A stretch of DNA of 39,859 nucleotides from Syntrophales bacterium (GCA_041664405.1 JBAYKV010000002.1:1-39859); one strand, 5' to 3'; numbered from the stretch's first letter, positions 26,191-35,905 are shown. The notes: a model not told the origin generated them from the sequence alone. Numbers and translations: made by a program.

Positions 26191-28044
26191 TTATCTGAGG
26201 GTAACCAGAAGCATCCGTTTTCCTTCCAGAGTCAGCCTGGCCAGTTTCATCTCGAAGAATTGTGACTCCGATTTTTCTTGTGGCCGCAGGAGCTGAACAT
26301 AGGATTGCTTGGTAATGCCAATCCATGCCTCGTGAAGCTCCCCGATGAATGTCTCCCGTTCCTTGTCCGGCAGATAATCGCTCATGTTGGCGCCAATAAT
26401 CTCGATGCGGGAGAGTTTCATATATTCAAGAACCCGCTCGGTGATACCGCAAATCTGTCCTTTCCGGTCCACGAGAAAAGCAAATTCTTCCTTGAAAAGA
26501 TGTTTTCTCAACTTATCAAGGTTGTTTTTCATGTTCGTATAGGCAGCGCCTAATTGAATATTTGCCTCTTCGAGCTTGCTGTTGAGGTTCAGAAGGTTGT
26601 TTTCCGCTTGTTTGCGATCAGAAATATCCCGGCCGACAGCCTGATATTCCATGAATTCACCCTGCTCATCATAGATCGCCCGGCAGGTCCAATGCTGCCA
26701 TAATTCCTCGCCTTCGGGCAATATCACGCGGTTTTCATAAGATACCACGGGGCTGTCCGGCTTTATGCCACTGAGAAGTTCTTCGATATGGCCGCGTTCA
26801 TTGTCAGGGACGAAAGAAAGAAAATGTCTGCCAATCAACTCCCTGCGTTTATAACGGAAAAAACGATAATAAGAATCGTTGATAAATGTCAGAGTGCCGT
26901 CCTGGTCAAAGCGACAGATGAACTCCGTTTGATCTTCAATGACAGCTCGATATTTTTCCGCTTCATCGCGAATTTTCATTTCCGACTGCTCTAGTTTTTC
27001 AAGCATCTTATTGATGTCATGGGTAAGGTTTGCCAGCTCGTCTCGACCATCCACTTGAATCCTTTTTTTTGTATTTCCGTCGGATTCAATGGATCTGACG
27101 TCATGGCTGATCTTCAAAAGCCTCCGGAGAACCAACTTTTCCAGTAGCACGACCGAGACCGCCATGAAGACAAGGGCCACAAATAAGACAAAGATAAACC
27201 CATAGACGGCGATGATCTTGCCATGCTTAAAAATGGATCTATCGTCCATCGTCCGGAGCACTAGGGAGGGTTTTCCAAGGGGATCTTTCACCAAGGAATA
27301 TCCGGCAATTATATTGTCCTTTAGAGTTTTAATGAGAATGGGTTCATCGGGAGACAGAGCGGTCCAAGCGGCGCTGATATCCGGGGGGAGATTTTTTTCG
27401 TCTTTGTGGAAAATTGACAATTTAAGCTTCAACATCTCGCCAAGATGATCAATTGTCCCTGTGTTAAGAAAGCATCCGACAATAAAAAACCCGCGTGGCT
27501 CTCCCTTGCCATTACTGGCTATGATGGGCCGCATAGCAAGCATGGTCAGACCTTCCGGAAATAGTTCAATGCCTGATGATAATCTGGACGTTGGCGAGGA
27601 AAAGATGTAGTCATGAATGATTTTTTGACGTTCGTTGATACCTTTGAATATCGGAACTTTCTTTTGTTTTTCTAGATCAAAACCTGACGCATGGACAATA
27701 TGACCGGAGCGATCGGTAATAATGATAAAATTGATCTTCAGGTTGATAAAGGTTGAATCGGTAAAATTGGAGTTAATGAAATCCGGTTTTCGGGACGACA
27801 TGAATTTGCTCATCTCGTCCCATGTCCCGTACTCACTGGCTATAATGCCAAGAGATTTGATTTCATTATTAAGCATGTTGACGGCGCGATCCAGGTCCTG
27901 TCGGCTTTCTCGTATTTCGATTTCCTGGATTCCCCCCAGGAATATATGGTAAGAGATAATGAGCATAACAGTCGTTAAACCTAAGAAAGTCAAGGCTACG
28001 ATGAGAAGCATCTTTTTCCGCAGGGTCATATTTTCTAAACTCAT
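26191..28044 (-). CDS. Membrane sensor: CHASE4-like periplasmic domain - HAMP - PAS - PAS-like; no recognisable output domain
   Basis: 617 aa. TM1 plus LGGIQEIEIRESRQDLDRAVNMLNNEI...YGTWDEMSKFM (CHASE4-type start) and TM2 near residue 290. HAMP-like linker, then PAS (YRAVIEDQTEFICRFDQDGTLTFIND...GRDISDRKQAE). Ends after a second PAS-like segment. Confidence 0.7.
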   Translation of the reverse strand: MSLENMTLRKKMLLIVALTFLGLTTVMLIISYHIFLGGIQEIEIRESRQDLDRAVNMLNNEIKSLGIIASEYGTWDEMSKFMSSRKPDFINSNFTDSTFINLKINFIIITDRSGHIVHASGFDLEKQKKVPIFKGINERQKIIHDYIFSSPTSRLSSGIELFPEGLTMLAMRPIIASNGKGEPRGFFIVGCFLNTGTIDHLGEMLKLKLSIFHKDEKNLPPDISAAWTALSPDEPILIKTLKDNIIAGYSLVKDPLGKPSLVLRTMDDRSIFKHGKIIAVYGFIFVLFVALVFMAVSVVLLEKLVLRRLLKISHDVRSIESDGNTKKRIQVDGRDELANLTHDINKMLEKLEQSEMKIRDEAEKYRAVIEDQTEFICRFDQDGTLTFINDSYYRFFRYKRRELIGRHFLSFVPDNERGHIEELLSGIKPDSPVVSYENRVILPEGEELWQHWTCRAIYDEQGEFMEYQAVGRDISDRKQAENNLLNLNSKLEEANIQLGAAYTNMKNNLDKLRKHLFKEEFAFLVDRKGQICGITERVLEYMKLSRIEIIGANMSDYLPDKERETFIGELHEAWIGITKQSYVQLLRPQEKSESQFFEMKLARLTLEGKRMLLVTLR

Positions 28045-28108
28045 AAAAAAGTATTTAATTTACGTCATCTGCTGATATTTTAAATGTCAAGGAAAATCAA
28101 GGAGAAAA

Positions 28109-28942
28109 TCAAAGAACTCGCCTTTGCAGGCCGCATACATGGAGTACAGTTGCGGCGATTTCTTCCACGGATACGGTGGTAATGTTTATATATGGTATGT
28201 GTTCAGAAAGAAAAAGCGATTCAGCGGCGGCGATTTCCACCTGGCATTGATGAAGAGAGGCATAACGGCTCTGGGGTCGTCTTTCCGACCGGATTCTGTG
28301 CAAGCGTTCGGGCTTGATGGTGAGACCATACAATTTCTTCCGGAAGGGGAGCAGGACGTTGGGAAGTTCATCATAGCGTCCAAAAAGATCTTCCTCGGTC
28401 AGGGGATAATTGGCCGCATAGATACCGAACTGCATACCAAGATAAAGACATGTCGGCGTCTTACCGGTTCGTGAAACGCCCACGACGATGATATCGGCCT
28501 TGTCGTAATTCTTCGTGGAGATCCCGTCGTCATTTCCAAGGGCATAATTAACGGCGTCAATGCGGACATCATAGCTTCCGTTGCTGACAAAGCTGTGGTA
28601 GCGCCCAATTGTATGGGATGATACTACGTTGAGTTCCTTTTCCAGACGACCGATGAAGACTTCAAAGAGGTCAAAGAATTTACTCTGACTATTCATAATT
28701 ATATCGCGAATATCGGAATTGATGAGGGTGCTGAAGATGAGGGGGGGGAGTCCCGTCTGGCTTGCTTCCACATTGATCTGGTTTACCGCCCGCTCTGCCT
28801 TGGCGACAGTATCGATGAAGGGGAGGGTGACCTGTTCAAAGAGGACATGGTTGAACTGGGTCAGGAGACTCTGACCCAAAGTTTCTGCCGTGATGGCAGT
28901 GCCGTCAGATATAAAAAAAACTGTCCTTCTGGCTGTAATCAT
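28109..28942 (-). CDS. ppsR: Pyruvate,water dikinase (PEP synthase) regulatory protein, DUF299 kinase/pyrophosphorylase
   Basis: 277 aa. VFFISDGTAITAETLGQSLLTQF N-terminus and VGVSRTGKTPTCLYL P-loop are both characteristic of PpsR/YdiA. Confidence 0.85.
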   Translation of the reverse strand: MITARRTVFFISDGTAITAETLGQSLLTQFNHVLFEQVTLPFIDTVAKAERAVNQINVEASQTGLPPLIFSTLINSDIRDIIMNSQSKFFDLFEVFIGRLEKELNVVSSHTIGRYHSFVSNGSYDVRIDAVNYALGNDDGISTKNYDKADIIVVGVSRTGKTPTCLYLGMQFGIYAANYPLTEEDLFGRYDELPNVLLPFRKKLYGLTIKPERLHRIRSERRPQSRYASLHQCQVEIAAAESLFLSEHIPYINITTVSVEEIAATVLHVCGLQRRVL

Positions 28943-28956
28943 AAACTGTGATTTTC

Positions 28957-29649
28957 TTAGATGTAGGGAAAGATGTGATCCACAACTGTTTTAAAATTGT
29001 TTTTGACATTATTAGTCCCTTCGATGATTTCCATGTGTCCCGGCAGGAGCCATTCCACATCCAGGACGCTCAGTTTGGAAATGCTCTTCTTAAGCAGTGA
29101 CCCGCTACCACCCGGGAAATCCGTTCTTCCCACATTTTGACTAAAAATGACATCCCCCGGGAACAGGGCCTTTTGCCGAGGCCAATACAGGGCGACGGAG
29201 CCCGGCGAATGACCGGGGACATGGATGACTTGAAATTCGTCATCACCCAGGGCCAGGACACCCTCCGATAGAAATAAATCGATTATGGCTTGGGGCGTTG
29301 CGAGGCCGAATAGTTCATAGAGTTCCCCGCCTGGTCCCTGGAGAAATTCCAGTTCCTCTTTGTTCAATGCTATTTGAATGTCCTGGTTGTAAAAATATTC
29401 CGATCCTTCAAAATGGTCGGGATGGGAGTGAGTATTGAAGATGTAACGGATCTTATTTGTATCAATGCCATCCTGGGCCATTTTATCCAGGAGATCGGGA
29501 ACATGTTTTGTGAGACCCGGATCGATAAGCGCCCCGATATTGCCGCCGATATAAAAGCTGTTGCAATTGTTTTCGAAATAATCCTTCCATTCATAGGCAT
29601 AGAGATCGTCTGTAATCTGCATGGGGCCTCCCTTTTTGATAACGGGCAT
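28957..29649 (-). CDS. MBL-fold metallo-hydrolase
   Basis: HSHPDHFEG (HxHxDH) and later HVPGHSPGS and DV...GR.D motifs. Alternative start ATG 29622 (MQITDD) has GGGAGG 4 nt upstream. Confidence 0.8.
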   Translation of the reverse strand: MPVIKKGGPMQITDDLYAYEWKDYFENNCNSFYIGGNIGALIDPGLTKHVPDLLDKMAQDGIDTNKIRYIFNTHSHPDHFEGSEYFYNQDIQIALNKEELEFLQGPGGELYELFGLATPQAIIDLFLSEGVLALGDDEFQVIHVPGHSPGSVALYWPRQKALFPGDVIFSQNVGRTDFPGGSGSLLKKSISKLSVLDVEWLLPGHMEIIEGTNNVKNNFKTVVDHIFPYI

Positions 29650-29664
29650 TCAGTTACCCTAAAT

Positions 29665-29718
29665 TCAGAAAAAACACAAACAAGGAAATGGGGATCGGGT
29701 TCTCCCCTTCCGATCCCC
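29665..29718 (-). terminator. Candidate intrinsic terminator downstream of the acetyl-CoA synthetase gene
   Basis: A 9-bp GC-rich stem: GGGGATCGG at 29690-29698 pairs with CCGATCCCC at 29710-29718, with an 11-nt loop. On the minus strand it is followed by the T-rich tail ATTTCCTTGTTTGTGTTTTTTCTG. Confidence 0.45.
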
Positions 29719-29844
29719 ATCATAATTTCTACGAGAATTCAGGAGTCAGAATACATGATTGTGATGGAAACAAGTGATATCCTGCTTCTCCCCGTGATGG
29801 ACGAAACCATGTTCCCTCCCCTTCAAGGGCGGGACGGGGTAACA

Positions 29845-31875
29845 TTACACCTGGCGGCTGTAGATCCGAAAATCCACCGCCACGGCCCCTTTCTCATAGA
29901 CAAGCACCGGATTAAGATCAATCTGATCGATGTCTGGACGATCTTTGATCAGGGCCGCCATGGCTTTCATCATAGCAATCAGCGCCTTCTCATCCTTCGG
30001 TTTTTGACCCCGCACCCCGGCTAGCAGGGGATATCCCTGAATTCCCCTAATGACTTGACGGAATTCCTTATCTGTTGCCGGGAGCAGACAAAATTGGACA
30101 TCACGATATATCTCCGTAAAAATGCCACCCAGTCCAAACATGAGGGCATGACCGTATTGGGGATCTCGAATAATGCCGATGATTATTTCCAACCCTCCCG
30201 CCTCCGCCATGGGAGACACGGTAACGCCGTCAATTCGTGCCTTGGGGAGGGCTGCCTTGACGTCGGTCATTATTCCTTCATATGCCTGACGGATTTCCGC
30301 CGGCGTGGAGAGATTGAGGTGTACCCCGCCAACATCTGTTTTGTGTGCAACATCGGGGGAAGCTATCTTTAAGACTACTGGCAAGCCTATTTTCTTTGCC
30401 AGGGATACCGCTTCTTTCGTCGTTGCCGCTAAAAACGTATCGACGGCCGTTACACCGTACTTCTTCATCAATGATAACGACTCGTTGACGGAAAGAAGGC
30501 TTAGGCCAGGTCGCACTATTTCTTTGTGAGGTTTCTTTTTAACGGCGTTGGGAGGATCAAATCGTACAAGCTGATACAGGGCTCTGATTGCCCGCTCCGG
30601 CGTCGGGTAGACGGGAATCCCCTTTTCGTGCATTTTCCTGGCCTCCTCACGCTCCACGTCGGCCCCCCCGCAAAAAACGATCAGTTCGCCGTCGCCGGTA
30701 ACGATATCAGCGGCGCCATGAATCGGGTCGCCAAAGATAACCACGCTCGTATCAAAATCGCTTTTTGCCGCGGCGATAGCCTGCGAGTAAAGGCTGGGAT
30801 CGGTGATGGCGTCGCCGGTGAGATCAATGGGGTTCGTGACGCCGCAATGGGCGGGAAGAAAAGATCTCAGTTTATCCTTTAAAGCTTGACTTGGGGCGGG
30901 ATTTTCAAAGCCAAGTTTTTCGGCCTCATCAATGCCGAGAATTGCTGCTCCTCCGGAACTGGAAATATTCAGGAGCCTCCTTCCTTTCGGTTTCTTCATG
31001 TAAGCCAGGGCCTTGGCGAAATCATAAAGTTCCTCCAGATTGTCGGCCCGATGGACATGGTATTTGTTAAAAATGGCATTATATATCTCATCGGTTCCGG
31101 CGAGGGATTTTGTATGGCTCTCGGCGGCGATGCGACCCCGGGCCGTTCTTCCGGCCTTGAGAATGACCACCGGCTTTCTCGCTATGGACAGGGATTGGAG
31201 AAAATGCTGCGGCCTCTTGACGCCCTCCATGTATATGGCAATAACCTTGGTGTGGGGATCATTATCGAAATAACGGATGCAGTCCGATTCATCTACATCA
31301 GCGCGGTTACCCAGGCTGACGAAGACGCTGACCCCTAAATGCTCCTCGCTTGCCCAATCCATAAGAGCGGCTCCTACCGTGCCGCTCTGGGAAATAAAGG
31401 CCATTCCTCCCTTGTTTGTCAGGAGTGGCCAGGAGGCGCAGAGGTGATGGTGGGGATAATTGATCCCCTGGCAATTGGGTCCGACGACACGGATGCCATA
31501 GCGACGAGCAACTTCGGCCAACTCCAGCTGAAGCTTTTCTCCTGCCTCACCAGCCTCGGCAAAACCTCCCGTAACAACGACGGCCGCCTTGACGCCTTTC
31601 TCTCCGCATTTCTCAATGGCGCCACATACCGCTTTGGAAGGGATGACAATGACGGCAAGTTCGGCGGGGGACGGTGTTGCCGTAATGTCCGGGTAAGCCT
31701 TCAATCCGAGGAGTTCGTCTGCCTTGGGATTGATCGGGTAGATAGGCCCCCTGAATCCGGCATGGATAAGATTGTAAAGGATGTCGAATCCAAGTTTGCC
31801 GGGTGTTCCGGAAGCGCCGATCAGGGCGACGCTGCGGGGTTTGAAAAGCGCATCCAGGTTGCTATTTTCTTTCAT
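29845..31875 (-). CDS. Acetate--CoA ligase (ADP-forming) family protein (CoA-binding + succinyl-CoA-synthetase-like + ATP-grasp)
   Basis: 676 aa. PRSVALIGASGTPGKLG CoA-binding start, SQSGTVGAA loop and a C-terminal ATP-grasp region (VVLKIASPDVAHKTDVGGV). Confidence 0.85.
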   Translation of the reverse strand: MKENSNLDALFKPRSVALIGASGTPGKLGFDILYNLIHAGFRGPIYPINPKADELLGLKAYPDITATPSPAELAVIVIPSKAVCGAIEKCGEKGVKAAVVVTGGFAEAGEAGEKLQLELAEVARRYGIRVVGPNCQGINYPHHHLCASWPLLTNKGGMAFISQSGTVGAALMDWASEEHLGVSVFVSLGNRADVDESDCIRYFDNDPHTKVIAIYMEGVKRPQHFLQSLSIARKPVVILKAGRTARGRIAAESHTKSLAGTDEIYNAIFNKYHVHRADNLEELYDFAKALAYMKKPKGRRLLNISSSGGAAILGIDEAEKLGFENPAPSQALKDKLRSFLPAHCGVTNPIDLTGDAITDPSLYSQAIAAAKSDFDTSVVIFGDPIHGAADIVTGDGELIVFCGGADVEREEARKMHEKGIPVYPTPERAIRALYQLVRFDPPNAVKKKPHKEIVRPGLSLLSVNESLSLMKKYGVTAVDTFLAATTKEAVSLAKKIGLPVVLKIASPDVAHKTDVGGVHLNLSTPAEIRQAYEGIMTDVKAALPKARIDGVTVSPMAEAGGLEIIIGIIRDPQYGHALMFGLGGIFTEIYRDVQFCLLPATDKEFRQVIRGIQGYPLLAGVRGQKPKDEKALIAMMKAMAALIKDRPDIDQIDLNPVLVYEKGAVAVDFRIYSRQV

Positions 31876-31992
31876 AACTTTCCCTCCTCTAAGTTATTTA
31901 GCAATTGTTAAAATAGAAACATTGCTTTTTCGAAATTAATATCGGCTTCGGAATGATTGTTCTCCGCGACCAATGGAACTTGTTGAGGATTG

Positions 31993-32021
31993 TTGACAAG
32001 AATCAACGAGGTCAGTATAGT
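31993..32021 (+). promoter_or_regulatory. Sigma70-type promoter candidate for the alcohol dehydrogenase gene
   Basis: TTGACA (31993-31998), a 17-nt spacer, then TATAGT (32016-32021), about 32 nt upstream of ATG 32053. The inverted repeat GTTGA-N6-TCAAC (31992-32007) overlaps the -35 box. Confidence 0.45.
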
Positions 32022-32052
32022 AAATTATTAATTTTCTGGAAAGGAAAAAACG

Positions 32053-33219
32053 ATGCAAAACTTCATTTTTGAGAACCCAACGAAGATTATTTTTGGCCAG
32101 GGTCAGATCAAAAGGCTTGGCCGGGAGGCGGCGCGATTCGGGGGAAAGGTCTTGCTTGTCTATGGGCAGGGCAGCATCAAGAAAAATGGCGTCTATGATC
32201 AGGTAACGTCCTCGCTCGCAGAGAGTAACCTTTCTGTGGTTGAATTTCCCGGTGTTCGCTCGAATCCGGTACTTTCTCACGCCGTACAGGGGATTGAAAC
32301 TGCAAAGCGGGAGGGCGTCGAGGTTATTCTTGCCGTGGGCGGGGGAAGCGTCATCGATACGGCCAAAACCATTGCCGCAGGCGTCATGGCTGATCACGAT
32401 GTATGGGATTTTTTTACGTACAGGAAAACAATTCAGGCAGCCCTTCCCGTTTTGACAGTCGTTACTATATCAGCCAGCGCCTCCGAAATGAATGCCGCCG
32501 CTGTGATTACCCGGGAAGAGGGCCGTCAAAAATTCAGTATTCGCTCACCCCATATCCAGCCGAAGGTTTCCATCCTTGATCCGACGGTCCTCTTCACTCT
32601 GGACAGGGCTTATAGTGCCTACAGCGCCGTAGACGCCGTGACGCACATGCTGGAGGGTTATTTCAACAACACGGAACCAAACCCCAGCCCCTTGCAGGAT
32701 GGTGTAGTCGCGGGCCTAATGAAGACTATCATGGGGGCCACAGAAACGATTCTTCAGCATCCGGAAGATTATGACGCCCGAGCCAATATGATGTGGGCGG
32801 CAACCCTGGCCTTTAACGGCCTTACCACGGCGGGGATGGGGCAGGTCGCCCTGCCTGTCCATATGATCGAGCACTCCCTGAGCGCCCTCTACGATGTGGC
32901 CCATGGCGCCGGACTTTCCATCATCCTCCCGGGTTGGATGAAATCGCAGCTTCCAGTCAAGGCGCGGCGTTTTGCCAAACTGGGAAGAGAGGTATTCGGC
33001 ATCGTCGCGGCGAATGACGAGGATGCTTCCCTGGCAGCAATTGAAAGGCTAAAAAACTGGTTTTCCCTGGTTGGCAGCCCCGATTCCTTGGGGGAAGCTA
33101 ACATTCCCGCCCGCGATATCGAAAAAATAGCTGAAAATGCCGCTGCCCTGGCCCAGGTCTGGGGGTTGAAGACCTACACTAAAGAGGTGATAGCTGATAT
33201 TCTGAAATTGTGTGTATGA
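32053..33219 (+). CDS. Iron-containing (group III) alcohol dehydrogenase, YqhD/butanol-dehydrogenase-like
   Basis: 388 aa. FENPTKIIFGQGQI start and AVGGGSVIDTAK nucleotide-binding motif, with His-rich metal-site regions (HMLEGY, HSLSALYDVAHGAG). Confidence 0.9.
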   Translation: MQNFIFENPTKIIFGQGQIKRLGREAARFGGKVLLVYGQGSIKKNGVYDQVTSSLAESNLSVVEFPGVRSNPVLSHAVQGIETAKREGVEVILAVGGGSVIDTAKTIAAGVMADHDVWDFFTYRKTIQAALPVLTVVTISASASEMNAAAVITREEGRQKFSIRSPHIQPKVSILDPTVLFTLDRAYSAYSAVDAVTHMLEGYFNNTEPNPSPLQDGVVAGLMKTIMGATETILQHPEDYDARANMMWAATLAFNGLTTAGMGQVALPVHMIEHSLSALYDVAHGAGLSIILPGWMKSQLPVKARRFAKLGREVFGIVAANDEDASLAAIERLKNWFSLVGSPDSLGEANIPARDIEKIAENAAALAQVWGLKTYTKEVIADILKLCV

Positions 33220-33229
33220 GAAAATAAAA

Positions 33230-34006
33230 CTATTTCGTCCGGTCAACGCAATAAACGTTCCGCTGAGCCGTCGGGGTGAGCAGGATATTCTGGATGTTTA
33301 CGTGGGCCGGGGCGTTGATGATGAAGAAGATGGCCTCTGCCACATCCTCGGCGCTTAGGGGCGTAAAGCCCTCATAGAATTTCCTGGCGGTTTCACGATC
33401 GCCGTGGAAGCGGACCTCTGAGAATTCCGTATTTGCCGCTCCGGGGCAGACCATGGATACACGAATTGCCGTTCCGGCCAGGTCTATATTCATACCTTCA
33501 GAGAGGGCCCGGACGGCGAATTTCGTGGCGTTATATACGTTACCTTTCGGATAGACCTGATAGCCGGCGAGGCTCCCCACATTGACGATGTGTCCCCGGC
33601 CGGCCTCAACCATCATGGGAATAATGAAGCGGGAAACATTGAGGAGGCCCTTGATATTGGTGTCAATCATCCGGTCCCAGTCTTCGAAATTTCCGGATTG
33701 AAGGTGGTCAAGACCGGAGGCGAGGCCGGCATTGTTAATCAGAATATCCGGAATCAGTTCCTGGTCTTTCAGCTCCCGGGAAAAGTTCTCCACCGCTTGT
33801 CTATCACGAACATCAAGAGTAAACACCTCGATTGCGACGCCGTATCTTTCTGATAGTTCCTGACGGATCTTATGAAGCCTGTCGAGACGTCGGGCCGCCA
33901 GAATCAGGCCGGCCCCAGACGCAGCAAACTTCTCGGCGCAGGCCTCACCGATACCGGCGCTTGCCCCGGTGATCAGGATCAGTTTTCCTTGAATGCGGTT
34001 TTCCAT
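33230..34006 (-). CDS. SDR-family NAD(P)-dependent oxidoreductase (YdfG-like)
   Basis: TGASAGIG cofactor motif, NNAG and YNATK catalytic motifs. The track start 34012 is TTG. ATG 34006 has AAGGGAGG 6 nt upstream, so I used it. Confidence 0.85.
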   Translation of the reverse strand: MENRIQGKLILITGASAGIGEACAEKFAASGAGLILAARRLDRLHKIRQELSERYGVAIEVFTLDVRDRQAVENFSRELKDQELIPDILINNAGLASGLDHLQSGNFEDWDRMIDTNIKGLLNVSRFIIPMMVEAGRGHIVNVGSLAGYQVYPKGNVYNATKFAVRALSEGMNIDLAGTAIRVSMVCPGAANTEFSEVRFHGDRETARKFYEGFTPLSAEDVAEAIFFIINAPAHVNIQNILLTPTAQRNVYCVDRTK

Positions 34007-34018
34007 GGTCAACCTCCC

Positions 34019-34582
34019 TTAATCCGTATGATATGTGAAATTGCAGTCGGCCTCCCGAAGGCGGGGGAGGGCGGCGTCTTTCGGAGATAGCAGGGGTACT
34101 TTTACTTGCCAGGGGATGTCGATTTCCGGATCATTCCAGATAACGCCACGGTCCAGGGCCGCAGCGTATTCTTGGGTGACCTTATATGAGACGACCGCTT
34201 CTGCGCTCAATACGGAGAATCCGTGGGCAAAACCCGGCGGTATATATAGCATCATCCCGTTTGCGGTCGTTAGTTCGTGTCCGACCCAGCGGCCGAAGGT
34301 AGGAGACCCCTGGCGGATATCGACGGCGACATCGAATATTTCTCCAGAGCAGACCATTACGAGTTTGCCCTGAGCCATTGGTTCTTTTTGATAGTGGAGC
34401 CCCCGGATGGCCCCCCGTTTTGAAAAGGAGAAGTTGTCCTGTACAAAAAGTTCCGGAATCCCGGCGGCGGCGAATTCGCTTTGCTTATAGGTCTCTGCAA
34501 AGAAGCCCCGCTCATCGGGAAAGCTTTGCGCTTCAATCAGAATGATCTCCGGTATATCCAGTCGTGAGAATTTAAAGGGCAT
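34019..34582 (-). CDS. rfbC: dTDP-4-dehydrorhamnose 3,5-epimerase
   Basis: 187 aa. F.DERGFF.E, RGLHYQ and GFAHGF motifs are characteristic of RmlC. Confidence 0.9.
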   Translation of the reverse strand: MPFKFSRLDIPEIILIEAQSFPDERGFFAETYKQSEFAAAGIPELFVQDNFSFSKRGAIRGLHYQKEPMAQGKLVMVCSGEIFDVAVDIRQGSPTFGRWVGHELTTANGMMLYIPPGFAHGFSVLSAEAVVSYKVTQEYAAALDRGVIWNDPEIDIPWQVKVPLLSPKDAALPRLREADCNFTYHTD

Positions 34583-34590
34583 GTGGTATT

Positions 34591-35571
34591 TTACCTCAAC
34601 ACTTCCGGGTTGATCAGATTGGGCGGCACCTCACCCCGCAGACCGGCGAGCAGATTATCGGTCGCCATCGCCGCCATTTTGGTCCGGGTTTCCAGGGTAG
34701 CGCTGCCCACATGGGGCAAGAGGAGAACCTGATCCAGTTTTTCGAGACCAGATGTTATGGCCGGTTCATTTTCATAAACATCGATTCCTGCCCCGGCAAT
34801 GGCCCCGTTTTGCAGAGCGCTGAGGAGCGCCTTTTCATCGACGATGGGACCTCGGGAGGTATTGATGAGGAAGGCAGTCAGTTTCATCCGGGCAAACTCC
34901 TTTTCACCGATCAAATGCCTTGTATTCGAAGAGAGAGGTACGTGGAGGGAGACGAAGTCGGATTCTCCCAGCAGGGTGTTCAAGGGGACGTAGCGTGCAT
35001 CAAGCGCCTCTTCCTCGGTCTTCTCGAGGGGATTTCTGCTAAAATAGAGGATGGGCATCTGAAAACCCCTCGCCCGCCGGGCGACGGCCTTGCCAATCCG
35101 TCCCATACCGATGATTCCGAGGGTCTTTCCGGATACTTCCCGGCCCAAAAAGTGAAAAGGGGCCCAGAAACGGAAATGCCCTTCCCGGACCATCCGGTCT
35201 CCCTCGGCAATCCGTCTTGCCGCGCCAAGGATGAGGGAGAAAGCCAGGTCCGCCGTGGCCTCGGTGAGGACCCCGGGGGTATTGGATACGAGGATGCCGC
35301 GTCTTGTTGCTGCGTCGAGATCGATATTGTTGTAGCCAACGGCCATATTGGCAACCATGATCAGCTCGGGGGCATGATCGAGAAACTCCTCATTGATGTC
35401 ATCGGTGATCATGGACAACAATCCCACCTTGTCATGGATGGAATGAAGGAGTTTTGACCGGGACATGGGACAATCTTCTGCATGGCATTCCACCTGGAAT
35501 TCCCTTTTCAGGGCATCCAGAACGGAAGCGGGGAGATTACCTGTGACCAGGATCGGGGCAAGCGTTTTCAT
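34591..35571 (-). CDS. D-isomer-specific 2-hydroxyacid dehydrogenase (glyoxylate/hydroxypyruvate reductase-like)
   Basis: GIIGMGRIGKAVARRA NAD-binding motif and a C-terminal HVGSAT region. I trimmed the start to ATG 35571 (MKTLAPILVTG), just after the upstream stop at 35573-35575. The track ORF extends to 35655 inside the upstream gene. Confidence 0.85.
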   Translation of the reverse strand: MKTLAPILVTGNLPASVLDALKREFQVECHAEDCPMSRSKLLHSIHDKVGLLSMITDDINEEFLDHAPELIMVANMAVGYNNIDLDAATRRGILVSNTPGVLTEATADLAFSLILGAARRIAEGDRMVREGHFRFWAPFHFLGREVSGKTLGIIGMGRIGKAVARRARGFQMPILYFSRNPLEKTEEEALDARYVPLNTLLGESDFVSLHVPLSSNTRHLIGEKEFARMKLTAFLINTSRGPIVDEKALLSALQNGAIAGAGIDVYENEPAITSGLEKLDQVLLLPHVGSATLETRTKMAAMATDNLLAGLRGEVPPNLINPEVLR

Positions 35572-35572
35572 G

Positions 35573-35905
35573 TCAGAAGGCCATTTTATCTTGGGGGCGG
35601 CGCTCAGGAACATAGAGATGTTCGATGAGACCCTCATTCCACTCCCTGGAGACATACAGGTTGCAGTAGCAGCTGCCGAACTCTAACACATCGTCAGCCC
35701 GGTAGGCGCAGGGGCAAATGATGTCTTTGTCCTTTTCACGGTCTCCCGCCGACAGACGGCAGGGACAGGACATATAGCCGTAGCGTTCCCTGTTGACCAG
35801 GAGATCGCTCAGGATTTCGAGAACCCAGGGTTTGTTTACGCTAAAGAAGTAACCCTTTGGCTCCTGAACCTTTTTCATCGCGTCATAAAGTTGCTCGGCG
35901 TTCAT
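35573..35905 (-). CDS. Ferredoxin:thioredoxin reductase catalytic-subunit-like protein (FTR/FDR family)
   Basis: 110 aa with a CPC-x14-CPC-x12-CYC Cys pattern that resembles the FTR catalytic chain CPC...CPC...CHC. ATGA overlap with the glutaredoxin-like gene. Confidence 0.7.
   Translation of the reverse strand: MNAEQLYDAMKKVQEPKGYFFSVNKPWVLEILSDLLVNRERYGYMSCPCRLSAGDREKDKDIICPCAYRADDVLEFGSCYCNLYVSREWNEGLIEHLYVPERRPQDKMAF

Noticed and set aside
29374-30024. 216-aa plus-strand ORF bridging the MBL-hydrolase and acetyl-CoA synthetase genes
   Set aside because: It runs antisense to two well-supported minus-strand genes and crosses their intergenic terminator hairpin. It has no motifs.
31936-32397. 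153-aa minus-strand ORF overlapping the start of the alcohol dehydrogenase gene
   Set aside because: It is antisense to a strongly supported Fe-ADH gene and its promoter, and shows no family resemblance.
35572-35655. N-terminal extension of the 2-hydroxyacid dehydrogenase ORF
   Set aside because: It overlaps the FTR-like gene. ATG 35571 sits immediately after that gene's stop and yields a typical dehydrogenase N-terminus.
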